A stretch of DNA of 63,953 nucleotides, counting the filler, from Collodictyon triciliatum (Eukaryota), in the NCBI GenBank assembly GCA_043381765.1. It is 11 parts of 11 records of this genome, joined end to end, with 100 filler letters (N's around TTAATTAATTAA, not from the genome) between each part and the next. Parts side by side here need not be neighbours in the genome. Positions count along the whole stretch, not along the records: positions 12,921 to 19,274 come from JBHJMP010004519.1; positions 19,375 to 25,725 come from JBHJMP010004520.1; positions 25,826 to 32,174 come from JBHJMP010004521.1; 8 more parts are not named here. The stretch is one strand, 5' to 3'. Positions within the stretch are counted from its first letter, which is position 1. The number at the start of each line of letters is the position of its first letter. Below, in pieces: positions 14,689-26,009 of the stretch. Both the position numbers and the translations under genes were made by a program. The notes under the pieces were generated by a model. The model did no database searches, was not told where the DNA came from, and saw nothing but the letters and a program-made list of their open reading frames with translations.

Positions 14689-15129
14689 TGTATGTATGTA
14701 TGTATGTATGTATGTATGTATGTATGTATGTATGTATGTATGTATGTATGTATGTATGTATGAGTTTATATTTATATTTATATTTATACTTCTCTTTGTC
14801 TTTGTCTTTGTCTTTGTCTTTGTCTTTGTCTTTGTCTTTGTCTTTGTCTTTGTCTTTATCTTTATCTTTGTCTTTGTCTTTGTCTTTGAGCTGCCACCGC
14901 TGTTTAAGAGAATAACAGTTGGAAGTGCTCATTTTTTTTTTCACTCTGCCTTTTTTTTTTCCGCGAAAGAAAGGAAGAGGAAGAAACTGTCGGACGTTGT
15001 CAGAGGCAAGAAAAGTTACCTTGTCGACAGCTTCTTCGAACTGGCTGCTCCTTTTCCTGGCGATCTCGGTATGCTCCATGATGGAAGGCAAAGCGTGTCC
15101 GTGGATTGTCTCTTGGGCAACTCCCTTCT
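13235..15129 (-). CDS. NHL-repeat (six-bladed propeller) protein with upstream helical/coiled-coil exons (TRIM/NHL-like)
   Basis: ORF 13235-14311 has NHL repeats (LGNPAGVAVNP..VLVADNNHGRVVVF, FGSVGNGKGCF..VAVS..IAVADRGNSRIQIF, NPHGIMI). Short upstream exons near 14370, 14490-14540 and 15021-15129. Confidence 0.75.
14660..14887. repeat. Compound microsatellite (TATG)n + (TTTATA)n + (TCTTTG)n in an intron
   Basis: Directly visible tandem arrays. Confidence 0.9.
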
Positions 15130-15371
15130 TAAAGTGCGCGATTTATTAGCCTTGGCGTCGTTTTGCAAGCCACTCTCCAGCGACAGGCAGACGGCTGGAA
15201 AAGATCGCAAGGGAAAGAGAACACACACAGCAAACTGCACCGCGCGTCTCCTTTTCTCCCACAGTAAAATATGTTGATCCCAAAAAAAAAAAAAAACAAA
15301 GAAAAAAACAAAAGAAATACTCAAGCGCACCCACCACATATTTGGACAGTTCTTCGTTTCTTACTGACTCT

Positions 15372-15910
15372 GCTCTACCTTTCAATTTTGTGCATGATGG
15401 TGAAGATGTTGGCTTTGGTTCGTTAGCCATCGTTTGCATGGACGCTACTTGGTGGCCGGGTGGCGCAGAAGTAGTCGGTAATCAGGATTTGCATCCTGCA
15501 GTTAGGCCTGTAGCCTGGGTCTTGTGCTCGCATGAGAGAGACAAGGCGAGGTTTAATATCTTTCTCAGCTTCTTTCCACATGTCTCTTCTCACGGGTCGG
15601 AGTAGTAGAGAACGTGCGGGTGGGGAAGAAAGCTATTGAGGAAAGATATTTGTATGATGTCATTCAGCCTGTTATCAGGAATGGGTGGCTGGTTGTTGAA
15701 TCATGCTTTGCGTGAGTATATGCGCGATATCCACATAGTCCATAGCAAATGGCCTCGCGTCACTGCCCAGAATGTTTTCGCATCTGAATGCAGCTGTTGC
15801 AGAGGCCCAAATATCGCCTGGATTGGGCCAACAGCCGCAGCCGTCTTGGGTGTCAGTCGAAGAATCTCACAGGCTGTTTTGCGCAGGTTTTGAGTGAAGG
15901 GAGCATCGCT
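15372..15910 (-). mobile_element. Degenerate 3' remnant of a non-LTR (LINE, L1/Tx1-like) retrotransposon
   Basis: Minus-strand translation PFTQNLRK..IQAIFG..FWAVTRGHLLWTMWISR..KA*FNNQPP resembles the C-terminus of L1-clade ORF2 (LWxIWxxRNxxxF). It ends in a motif shared with the copies at 16699 and 25631. Confidence 0.6.
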
Positions 15911-16211
15911 TCACGAATCAACAAATAAATAAATAAAATAAAAAAACGAATATGCTTTTTTTTTTCTTTACAGCGCTTCAATAGATTCTTTACAATTTTA
16001 ACATTAATGTTAATTTGCATCGATTGATAGCCAAACTAAAGTAACAAGATCATGCTTATGATTCAACAACAGTAAGAAAATGGTTATCAAAAGCTTTTGA
16101 AAGGAATTAGACTCTGTCAATGGCTATTCACCAGAGTTTTATGAAGGAAAGCAGAGTTAAAAAATGTAAGCATATGGTAGACATAAAAAAAACTTTGTTA
16201 AACCAATTATT

Positions 16212-18465
16212 TTATTCTCCGATGTAATCCAGTAACTGAATGCTGCATGAAGGTAGAGATTCATCAAAGTGATTCATGTGCTGCCAGAACGGGAGAGTTG
16301 TTATTGCATAAGGTGCCTTAATTCCCTATTAGAGAGCAAATAATGGAGTTATGTTTGATTAATTCTAGATTATTCATTTATTCGTCGAAGAGGGAAAACA
16401 TGTTAATTTAATTACATTAAAATATATCTATGAAACGGCACGTTTGATTACCCTGAGAAAGCTCAAGAATAAACAAACTCACAAGATTACGTACCTGGAT
16501 AGATTCCCCAACAACAAGTGTTGATAATCTTTTTAAATTAGTTATCCAATGTGGCAACACCTGAACCTTTTTTAAAGCAAAATAAAAAGGAAAAGAGTAG
16601 TAAACAAGGGCTAGCGATAAGGGTAGAAATCAATGAATTTCTTGAAACGATTATATAAGATGAGAAATAAATTCAAAGAATTATGTATCTAATGTGCCAA
16701 GCCAGCATCTCCTCCATCCTGCACAAAATTGAAAGGAAGAATAAAAAAAAAATGTTTATAATGTGCCTACGGGATTATTTTCCACTGAAATAGAGCAGAG
16801 ATTTGTCAGGTACATTAGTTGATGCGGGAGCGAGGTGAACTACAATTGTTTATTTTATCATGATAAGTTTATGGAATTATGAGAAAAAAATCGTTATTTT
16901 AGAGAGATTGATAAAAAAAAATGTACAAAGGAACATATAATATGCGTCGGTATTGCATCAATAGAGTGCCATTTTGAAAAGCACCAGGGTCGTTGAACGC
17001 ATACATAGTTTTTCGAGAGGCATATACTGGTCAGTTGGGTCAGAGTGGAAACTTGATCTGGGAGCTCGTAAAGCTGGTCATGTCAAAACAAAACCGGTAT
17101 GGTATGGTTTTACATAGCATAAATTGCAATTAAGAAAAATGAATTCATGTATAAAGTTTCAAAAAATGAAGTCCAGGAATGAGACGAAGAAAAAACCTGG
17201 TTCGAGCGCACATCTAGTTTTTCAAGACTTGATAGGCAATCGAGAATTCCTGACAGCGCATCCGCGCTCATCCCAACAAGAGAGAGTTCTTTGGCAAAAG
17301 TTTTCCCGTTGTTGATAGGCTTTAGAGAATGGATGTGTCTTGTACCAATGTTGCATTTGTCCAGATTCATTGATTGCAACTCGGTGTCAGACTTTTTGTG
17401 CGCCAACATCCATAAATCTTCTTGAAGCCCGTTTATTTGTTGGCGAAGTATTTCATTTTCACTTCGCAACAAATACAACTTGCTTTCTAATTCCAAGCAT
17501 TCTTTTCTGAGAAGCGTGAATTGCTTTCGAATAGATTCTTTGCTTTTCTTTTCCTCATGAAGACATTTTGTCATGGACGTCATTTGTTGAAACGATTTCT
17601 GTTGAGAATCAGCGAAGGCCATCTTTTGCTGGTGACAGGTTCTCACTTCGGAGCGCATCAGATGAAGTTGATCATCAAGTTTCTTCTTTTCAATCCCAAC
17701 ACGATGTCGCTCGGTTTCTAGCGAAGCCTTCACATGTTGATCGTATATTTCTATTTCCTTCCTTAAACTGTGAAGCCGTATCTCTTCCAGACGGAGATTA
17801 TCCTTTTTTGCTCTTACCAACTCCATTTCTTTGTGTAGAATGAGTTTGTCTTTTTCAAACACTTCTCTTTCTTTTTGGAATAACTCTTTATCTTTGCTGA
17901 ACTCGAGCTTTTCGTTCTCAAATAAAATTCTCTCTTGCTTCAATAAATCCTCATCAGAAGCCTGGGGTCTCTGTGAAAAAAAAAAAATACAACAATAATA
18001 TTATAAAAAAAAAGAGAGAAAGGAAAAGGAAAAAAAAAGAAGGTGTTGATGACATTTGCAAATAACTGCGATATAAAAAATATTACGAATGACAATGATC
18101 TTTCTCTTTTTTCTGGGGCAGCCAAAAGAGAGTTTATCTCGTTGAGTTGTTCGAGCACAGTCGAGACATTATCAACAGCAAACATATCAATCAGGGTCTG
18201 GTCAATAATATCATGGCTAGAGACATACCAAAAGTTATAAATGATATGTTGGCGATCAGAAAGTCGTGTATTCAAATCTTTGAGAAAAACATATCTTTGT
18301 ATTATGATGACAATTGCTAATCATAGCATCCCATAATCTGAAGAATGGAGGGTGAATTCAGCAACTATGTTTCAAGTCGGAAACAAGTCATTTCAGTAGA
18401 GTGGATTATAGGAAAGAAACCTATGCGTGCTCTCCATCCTGTTTTCGAAATTTGTGAAGATAATC
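16212..18465 (-). CDS. Coiled-coil plus LRR protein, multi-exon
   Basis: Coiled-coil exon (ORF 17110-17943) ending LSSLEKLDVRSNQ. LRR exons follow: LYELPDQVSTLTQLTSICLSKN, FTSLPHQLMYLTNLCSISVENNP, VLPHWITNLKRLSTLVVG. Last exon GIKAPYAITTLPFW..YIGE* (stop 16212-16214). 5' boundary approximate. Confidence 0.7.
16699..16751 (+). mobile_element. 5'-truncated retrotransposon 3' end with poly(A) and 16-bp target-site duplication
   Basis: AAGCCAGCATCTCCTCCATCCTGCACAAAATTGAAAGGAAGAATA(n), flanked by ATGTATCTAATGTGCC (16683-16698) and ATGTTTATAATGTGCC (16752-16767), 14/16 identical. Confidence 0.75.
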
Positions 18466-19557
18466 TAAAGAAGAAAAGAAATACATAAATAAAGAGATCA
18501 AGAAATAAAGAAATAAAGAAATAAAGAAATAAAGAAATAAAGAAATAAAGAAATAAATAAATAAATAAATGATATAATTAAATAATCGACCTTGTATTCG
18601 AAATGGAATATTTATCGCCTAAACAGCAAAAGGATAAAAAAAAATTAGAAAAAAAAGAAGAGGTAAAACAAAGAAGGTGAACGTTTATACTACCTCCTGA
18701 AAAAAGCACGCTGCGCAGCGTTCAAGAGGCTGGGCAATCAATAAGATAAATAGCCCATTGTTGAAATAAAATAGTAGAGTGAAAAAAAATGCAGGAAAAG
18801 GAAGAAAATCATGATCGTTTGAAAGAGTTGCTTGTGAACAAATAAAATAGTTAAATAGACATGTTAATATTCAATGTCTGCAACTTTGATTTTTTCGAAT
18901 AGCTTATTTCATCATTTCAAGCTAGTTTTTTTTTTGTGTGTTTTTTGTGTTTTTTGTGTTTTTTGTGTTTTTTGTGTTTTTTGTGTTTTTTGTGTGTTTT
19001 TTGTGTTTTTTGTGTTTTGTGTGTTTTTTGTGTTTTTTGTGTTTGTGTGTTTTGTGTGTTTTTTGTGTTTTTTGTGTTTTTTGTGTTTTTTGTGTTTTTT
19101 GTGTTTTTGTGTTTTTTGTGTTTTTGTGTTTTTCTTTTTCTTTCTTTTTTCTTTTTTCTTTCTTTTTTCTTTTTTCTTTCTTTCTTTTTTCTTTCTTCTT
19201 TCTTCTTTTTTTCTTTTTTCTTTTTTCTTTTTTCTTTTTTCTTTTTTCTTTTTTCTTTTCTTTTTTTTTTTCTTNNNNNNNNNNNNNNNNNNNNNNNNNN
19301 NNNNNNNNNNNNNNNNNNTTAATTAATTAANNNNNNNNNNNNNNNNNNNNNNNNNNNNNNNNNNNNNNNNNNNNATAAAAATAAAAATAAAAATAAAAAT
19401 AAAAATAAAAATAAAAATAAAAATAAAAATAAAAATAAAAATAAAAATAAAAATAAAAATAAAAATAAAAATACAAATAATAGCAATAAGAATCAGATAC
19501 TTCACTCCTTTAAATGGTGAGAAATTAAAAACGAAAGGAATAAGTACCATCATTATT

Positions 19558-22365
19558 TCAACTTTAGCATTTGGGTACATATGCGAATAAAATTGAAGGT
19601 ATTGAAAAACGCAGTTTCTGCCACGAACAAAAGCCTCTTTCAAGGTAATATTATGCGAGCCATCGGATAGTGCATCCTTGACTATGTTTAAGTATAAAAA
19701 TAAATTCATTTGATACATTTTAAGTAGTAGAATAATTAATTTTTTTATTAAAAATATTAAACATAGCTAGGAGTTCCTCGTTGATTTTGGGTGAGGTATT
19801 TGTATGATAATTAGCGTACACCCCATATCCAACATTAAATCATACTAATTTCTTCCATTGTTTTCGATACCAAGGTCGCGATTACTTTCTGATTCATCGC
19901 AGGTGGAAATAAATCGGGATAAAATTGCAAAAGCTGTCTCGGATCAACATCGCTTTTCTTAAAGTTAACAAGAGCTTGATCAAAATCAAGATCGCAGTAA
20001 AATGCTATAGCTACATCTGTCATCAACTGGCAAACAACTTCGCTCTGTATGTAAAATAAGCTTAGTACATGCAGAAAAGGCTAACTTACATAGTGCATGA
20101 ATTTAACAAATAATCAAATTGTCATCACCTCAATATTTCCTTGGCTGTCAAGCAATTTTAATGCCGTGTTGTACTGCTTAAGAGAGATAGCCTCTCGCAC
20201 CTAATCAATTCGGCTTAATACCTTGAACGAAATAAAAAATGAAAATGAAAATGAAAATGAAAATGAAAATGAAAATGAAAATGAAAATGAAAATGAAAAT
20301 GAAAATGAAAATGAAAATGAAAAACCAAACTTAATTACAAACACCTCAGTAAAGGTTCACATTTGGGCTTTTTTTTTTGCCTAGGATGTAACATACTTGC
20401 ATACGAAGAGGGACCAGGGCTAAGCAAGACAGTTTTGATGATGAAAGAATATAAATAAGTTTATCTCCTGGGGCTATGGCTAGAGGAGAAGGATATGCTA
20501 TAGTCTGTAAAGTCTTCTGCTCCTCCAGTGCATATACATCAATAGCTCGATTCATGGCCGATATAACATATCCCTTCCACTCACCTAGGTTTTATTTTGA
20601 GAGGGGAAAATACCATTTATTATACGGCATGGTTTAAATCACTTTCTCAAGGTCATTTGAAAACCATACAAAATTCTTTTGGCTTTGATGAGAAGCTTAG
20701 TGGTGCTCTTGATGGTTGCCCCTTTTCAGTGCACATGACAGCTAATTCTGTTTCAGGTGCATATAAAGTGATTCAATTCTTGCTGGAGTGAAAGTAGCAT
20801 TTAAATATGGCCATTTGCCTTTCTTATTTTGATTTTGTAGAATATTACATACGTTCAAATAGATACATGAATTCATTGGTCCTTTGTATTGATTTGAGGA
20901 GAGGAGGCTTATCTGTGATAGGCTGCAGCTCCTCAATTTCTCTACTTAATGAATTCAATATGAAAAAAATTTTCTTCGTTCCAATCAATACGTAATCTCC
21001 TATGCTTGCCATGCTTAGTGCAGTATTGGTGATTGTGTATTCCTAATAATGTTTGTTAAGTTGATCTAGAATATGTTGCAAATATGATTCGATTGGTAGT
21101 AATCAAAGTGTGTTTATAATGAGAATAAAGATCATGATACATAAGCTGATAACTATGTGTTTTTGTTCTCGTTGTTTACCTGGACACATTCCATTTTTTG
21201 TTCCTTTATGTAATACTTGGAAAGTCTTTTCTTCGTGGATAGATATAAGATGATCAAGTCATCCTTCGATGTCACGGAGATACACTCAACATTCTTAATC
21301 CCGGGTGCAGTGCAAATCGGTTCAAGGGTGAGCATGTCCAGCATATGAACGTTTCCATCTGAATTATATCGATAAAGCAAATTGATAAAGCAAACCAAGA
21401 AGCAAATCAATCAAAAAAAAAAAAAGATGATGGAAATCACACAATGTCACATAAAGGAACATTAAAGACCAGTGAATATACGGAATAATAAAACAAAAGA
21501 TTGAAAATGGTAATAAATATGAGAAGAACCGCATAGGACTAAAACAGCATTTGCGCTTGGTATTGCTTCGATCCGTTCTACATTTTTCTTGCCATTGGCG
21601 AGAGAGCGCTTGGCGATAAGCATCAGCTCCGACGTTGGCAGAGTCTAAATTATAAAAATAGTAAAAAAAAAATCATTTATTGTATCCAACATAATTTAAT
21701 TCTCAGTATGAAACAATAGAATCACCATATTAAAGATTGGGCAGTGTGTGTTTTAGAAGAAAAAGAGGAAAAAGAGGAAAAAGAGGAAAAAGAGGAAAAA
21801 GAGGAAAAAGAGGAAAAAGAGGAAAAAGAGGAAAAANNNNNNNNNNNNNNNNNNNNNNNNNNNNNNNNNNNNNNNNNNNNNNNNNNNNNNNNNNNNNNNN
21901 NNGAAAAAGAAGAAGAAAAAGAAGAAGAAAAAGAAGAAGAAAAAGAAGAAGAAAAAGAAGAAGAAAAAGAAGAAAAAGAAGAANNNNNNNNNNNNNNNNN
22001 NNNNNNNNAAAAAGGACGAACTATATTATGGTAAAAAATAAAATGAAATACCGCCCCAGAAAACGATCTTTTTGTGGACACCTGCTCACGGCGATATAGA
22101 TAAATATGTGAGTCATCAGAACCCACATATATCTGTGGCTCTGTTCGCAAAACACAGTTAGTTAATACGTTAGGCGAATAGAAGTTTTTATTTATTATTT
22201 GTTGGTTTTTTTATTAATTTTTTTTTTTAAAAAAAAGGAAAGATGGGCCATAATAAATAGCTGATCGAAAAGAAAGTGGGGAATAAACCCACCAATGACG
22301 GCCAAGGAAACTCCTTTGTGAGGAAGTTGCTCGAATAGGTAGATGTTTTCGAAAATAGTTGGCAT
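19558..22365 (-). CDS. Vps39/Vam6 or TGFBRAP1-like protein (CNH domain), multi-exon, 3' truncated by the contig end
   Basis: ATG 22365 MPTIFENIYL.., IYVGSDDSHIYLY, VERIEAIPSANAVLVLC|DGNVHMLDMLTL, IDVYALEEQKTLQTI, LALVPLRMQ, FDQALVNFKKSDVDPRQLLQFYPDLFP. Confidence 0.8.
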
Positions 22366-22834
22366 GACTACAGCAAAAGATCTGGGCGTGTCCCTCCTTC
22401 TGCACCAGTATTCTGCCAAAGAAAAGAAAAAGAAAGCAATGAGCCAGAAACACACACACATACAGACAAGAGGGTATATATTTATAAAAGATGATTAGAG
22501 GTCACAGATACCAGCAGCATTTACAACCACAAGTAGCTATAGAAATCGTGGAAGCCAGCAGGAGAAAATTGTAAGACATAGAACCGGGAGGATCGGGTGC
22601 ATTGACGGGCCTTTTGTTTGTTAACTGGCTGATTCATCTTTTCACTTATTCCATCTCATTCCATCTCATTTCGTTTTTTTTTTTTTGTTTTAAAAAAAAA
22701 GCAATATTATATTTGCGAATGAAACGTTTCTTAAAATGCATTATACATCGTCATATGTTCCATCCCCCCACCCCTGTTCTCCTCTTTTCCCTTGCTCCCA
22801 TTCTTACTATCTTACTTTTCTTTTCATTTGTATA

Positions 22835-22990
22835 CTAGAAGGGGTATATCAATCGAAAGATTGATAAACCTGGTGCGCTAGTACCCAAGGTCTCACCACT
22901 TTTTTTAAACAAAGGTTGCGTAGCATCGAAGGCTGCCAGGAAAGACCCGACAGCCTATTATTCTAGAGGAAGGTGTATGCATATTTTGAA
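22835..22990 (-). ncRNA. Putative Fanzor omegaRNA scaffold / element 3' end
   Basis: Three consecutive hairpins at and after the Fanzor C-terminus (22931-22955, 22871-22898, 22843-22870), ending in CTAG at 22838-22835. The position matches TnpB/Fanzor omegaRNA organisation. 5' boundary uncertain. Confidence 0.6.
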
Positions 22991-24889
22991 GAATGGAAAG
23001 AACTTTCTTGAGTATTTTATTAGCGCTGTTAAAGTCCCTTGTCAAGGATACACTTTGTTTGCTTTCTGAGCGATTGCATTCTTTACATATGAGATATCTA
23101 TACACTTTTTTTTTGTATTTCCTTTCAGTGTCATGTATCCCAGTTTCTTTTCGCAGTTGCGACACATCTTGGAGATTCTAAATTCAACTACACTAACTGC
23201 TTCAAAACGTTTGGATAGTATTTTTCGTAATCCTCTTCCGATTGCTGGCATAAAATAGTTTCAACTGACATTTTCTGCTCCAGTATCCATACGCCAGTAC
23301 AACATCCCGCCAAATGTCTTTTCGATTCGGTCCATAAACAATTCTTCACTTCGTTTTGTATTATCATATTGTCTCCATCTCATCTTTCGAAAAGTTACTT
23401 GTTCATACAATTTAGATAATTCTCTCTGGTATCTTGATTTCATAGATACTTATTTTCGAAATTTTTCATAATCGACAGCGTATGAATTATGTTTACTCAA
23501 TTCTGTCTCTAAATCGATGAAAGATACTCTTGATGTCTCAAACGGCTGATTCTCTTCAAAAAACCTGGAATAAAAGAAACAGCACTTTGTAAACATGTTG
23601 CCGTGCATATCCCTGAAGCTTCGTACTTTTCTTTTTTTCTCGCACAAGAGTATTTTGTGATTTTAAAGAGATTTGCTATCATGTATTGTTTGGTGCCGTG
23701 TAACGTGATTTCTTACCTGTCTCATCCACCATGTAAACCAAATATACTTGCCTGCGTCCACTCAAACTATTTTTTTTCGCTAATAAAGATAAATGCTCCT
23801 CGAAACTTCATCTATATAAACATATTCTTGAGGTTTTTTTAAATTGGATTTCGAATTTGAAATACCTTTCTTCTCAAACAATAATGACACCGTCAAGCCG
23901 TCTGTTTGTATCATGTACTTGAAATTGTAATCCCTTTGATGAAACCCCTTTTCTTCGTTTCAAAGAACTTATCCCATAGTTTCTCTTTGCGTCTTGATAT
24001 ATTCTTCAGTAATAATGTTTTCCAGATAATACTAATAGACCTATCTAACATACAGCATCTAGAGTAATATGACATGGTATATTGTCAGTTCTTTCAGAGA
24101 TTGGTTGAAACAGTTTGGTACCAATGTCCTCAAAAATGGGATTCATGTAAATCAGACATGGAATGTGCTTATTTGGATTGGCTTTGGCATCATATTCGAT
24201 ACCTTTTACAATATCGCTGGGAATGATATGATGCAAATGCGTTGTAGCCCATCCTTATATTGTTCCAGTATTTCGAGATTCTTGAAGATGGCTTTTTTTT
24301 TTTAACTTTTGTAACATTGCCTTTTTAATAGCTTCCGTAACATTCTCATCTTTAGGTACTGTTTGATTTATAAAGCGCAGTAACCTCTTTGCAAAATGCT
24401 CCTCAATGCTATTATGATAAGCTGTTAACATTTGATTCGCCAAGTACGGTAATACGCGAGACAGTTCAACCAACCGAGAGCATTCTTCTCGGGACAAAAG
24501 GAATCGAAAATCATTGAGATAAAAAGTCATCATGTCTTTACTCATTTCTGTTTTTTTTTTTTTTTTTTAATTTTTTTTTTTTTTTTAACTTGTGGGTCTA
24601 TCTTGTGGAACTATTCCAACTTTCTTTAAAGCGTACAAAAAAAACATTTCATCGATTGTTGGGAGTTGTTGTAATTTCAATATGTAACATCTTGCAAACA
24701 GATAAGTGTTGTAACCAAGTTATGACACAATGAAATCGTATCGTTGATTTTGTCATAGTTATCCGCATTCTTTGCAATCGACTTTAGATATGTTTTCACA
24801 TTTCGATAGTCTGGTTTAACATATTTTATATTCTCATACCCAAGACGTTTTCTTTTCTTTATCTGAAAATTTTTGGTTTACTTTTTCAT
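22905..24889 (-). pseudogene. Fanzor1 (eukaryotic TnpB-related RNA-guided endonuclease), disrupted by stops and frameshifts
   Basis: Fragments in order: KKRKR..VKTYLKSI, YLFARCYIL..LPTIDEMFF, YLANQMLTAYHNSIEEHFAKRLLRFIN, KLFQPISERT..HITLD, IQTDGLTVSLLF, RuvC-I IV*VDAGK (D 23756-23758), ETELSKHNS..DYEKF, RKMRWRQY, VLAYGYWS, MPAIGRGLRK, RuvC-II VEFRISKMCRNC (E 23183-23185), CKEC, RuvC-III TRDFNSANKI (D 23034-23036). Confidence 0.9.
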
Positions 24890-25630
24890 TTAGAAAATCT
24901 ACCTAGTTTTCAAATTTAATAAAACTTAAGTCAATCTGTCAATTTAATAATAATAAAAATAATAATAATAATGAAAAACTGCATAAAATCAATTTATGTA
25001 AAATTAAGCATCTACCGAGACTCTCAAAATATGCACATTGTGGCAAACAAACACACATAGTTTTTTTAACAAGTGATTTGAGACAAAACGCTGAGAACCG
25101 ACTCGGCGAGTTCGAAAGGACGGCCGTATAGCAATTGTGATTGAAAGTTAACATATCGGCCCAAACAACATGATTACCGCCGCAAGTGTGGATAGTATGT
25201 TTTTTTGATATGCATGTTTGGTGACAGGTTTATAGGGTGGGTTCTGTCGGGGCCAAGGCAAGGGCTTGTTTGTCATTTTTTGAATTTTAATGATAATATT
25301 GCATAAATGAAAAATAATATAATTGATTATATGAATATAATGAGATTATAAAGTATTTTTTAAACTTATTATATACTAATCATACTATTATATTATTCAG
25401 GTTGTTTCTTGGATTCACCAAAGCTCCTGCTTTTGTCAATCCATATTTAATTCGATGGTTTTTTTGTGCAATAAACGGCTTTATATGGGTACACCTTCGC
25501 TGTATAAAAAGTGTTGTGCCTTGAAGGCGTAAAACCAAGTTTCTCACAACCCCTGCAATGAAGTTTATCCATTTACAGGCTGAATGAGAACGAATAGAAA
25601 GGAAAGAAAAAGTTTAAGAAAAGAAAAAAG

Positions 25631-25674
25631 AACATCTTCATCATCCTGCACAAAATTGAAAGGAAGAATAAAAA
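25631..25674 (+). mobile_element. Third copy of the retrotransposon 3' end
   Basis: AACATCTTCATCATCCTGCACAAAATTGAAAGGAAGAATAAAA, flanked by AAGAAAAGAAAAAAG at 25616-25630 and 25675-25689. Confidence 0.65.
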
Positions 25675-26009
25675 AAGAAAAGAAAAAAGAAAAAAGAAAA
25701 AAGAAAAAAGAAAAAAGAAAAAAGANNNNNNNNNNNNNNNNNNNNNNNNNNNNNNNNNNNNNNNNNNNNTTAATTAATTAANNNNNNNNNNNNNNNNNNN
25801 NNNNNNNNNNNNNNNNNNNNNNNNNATCTTTTTTATCTTTTTTATCTTTTTTATCTTTTTTATCTTTTTTATCTTTTTTATCTTTTTTATCTTTTTTATC
25901 TTTTTTATCTTTTTTATCTTTTTTTATCTTTTCTTCTTTTCTTTTCTTTTATCTTTTATCTTTTTTTTCTTTTTTTTCAACCGTAATCAAATAGAATTTA
26001 TCGCAATAG

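Noticed and set aside
25505-25555. Hairpin GTTGTGAGA..CTTGG..GCACAAC loosely resembling the Fanzor 3' hairpin
   Set aside because: Similarity is short, the neighbouring hairpins and CTAG end are absent, and the region could be an exon on the plus strand.
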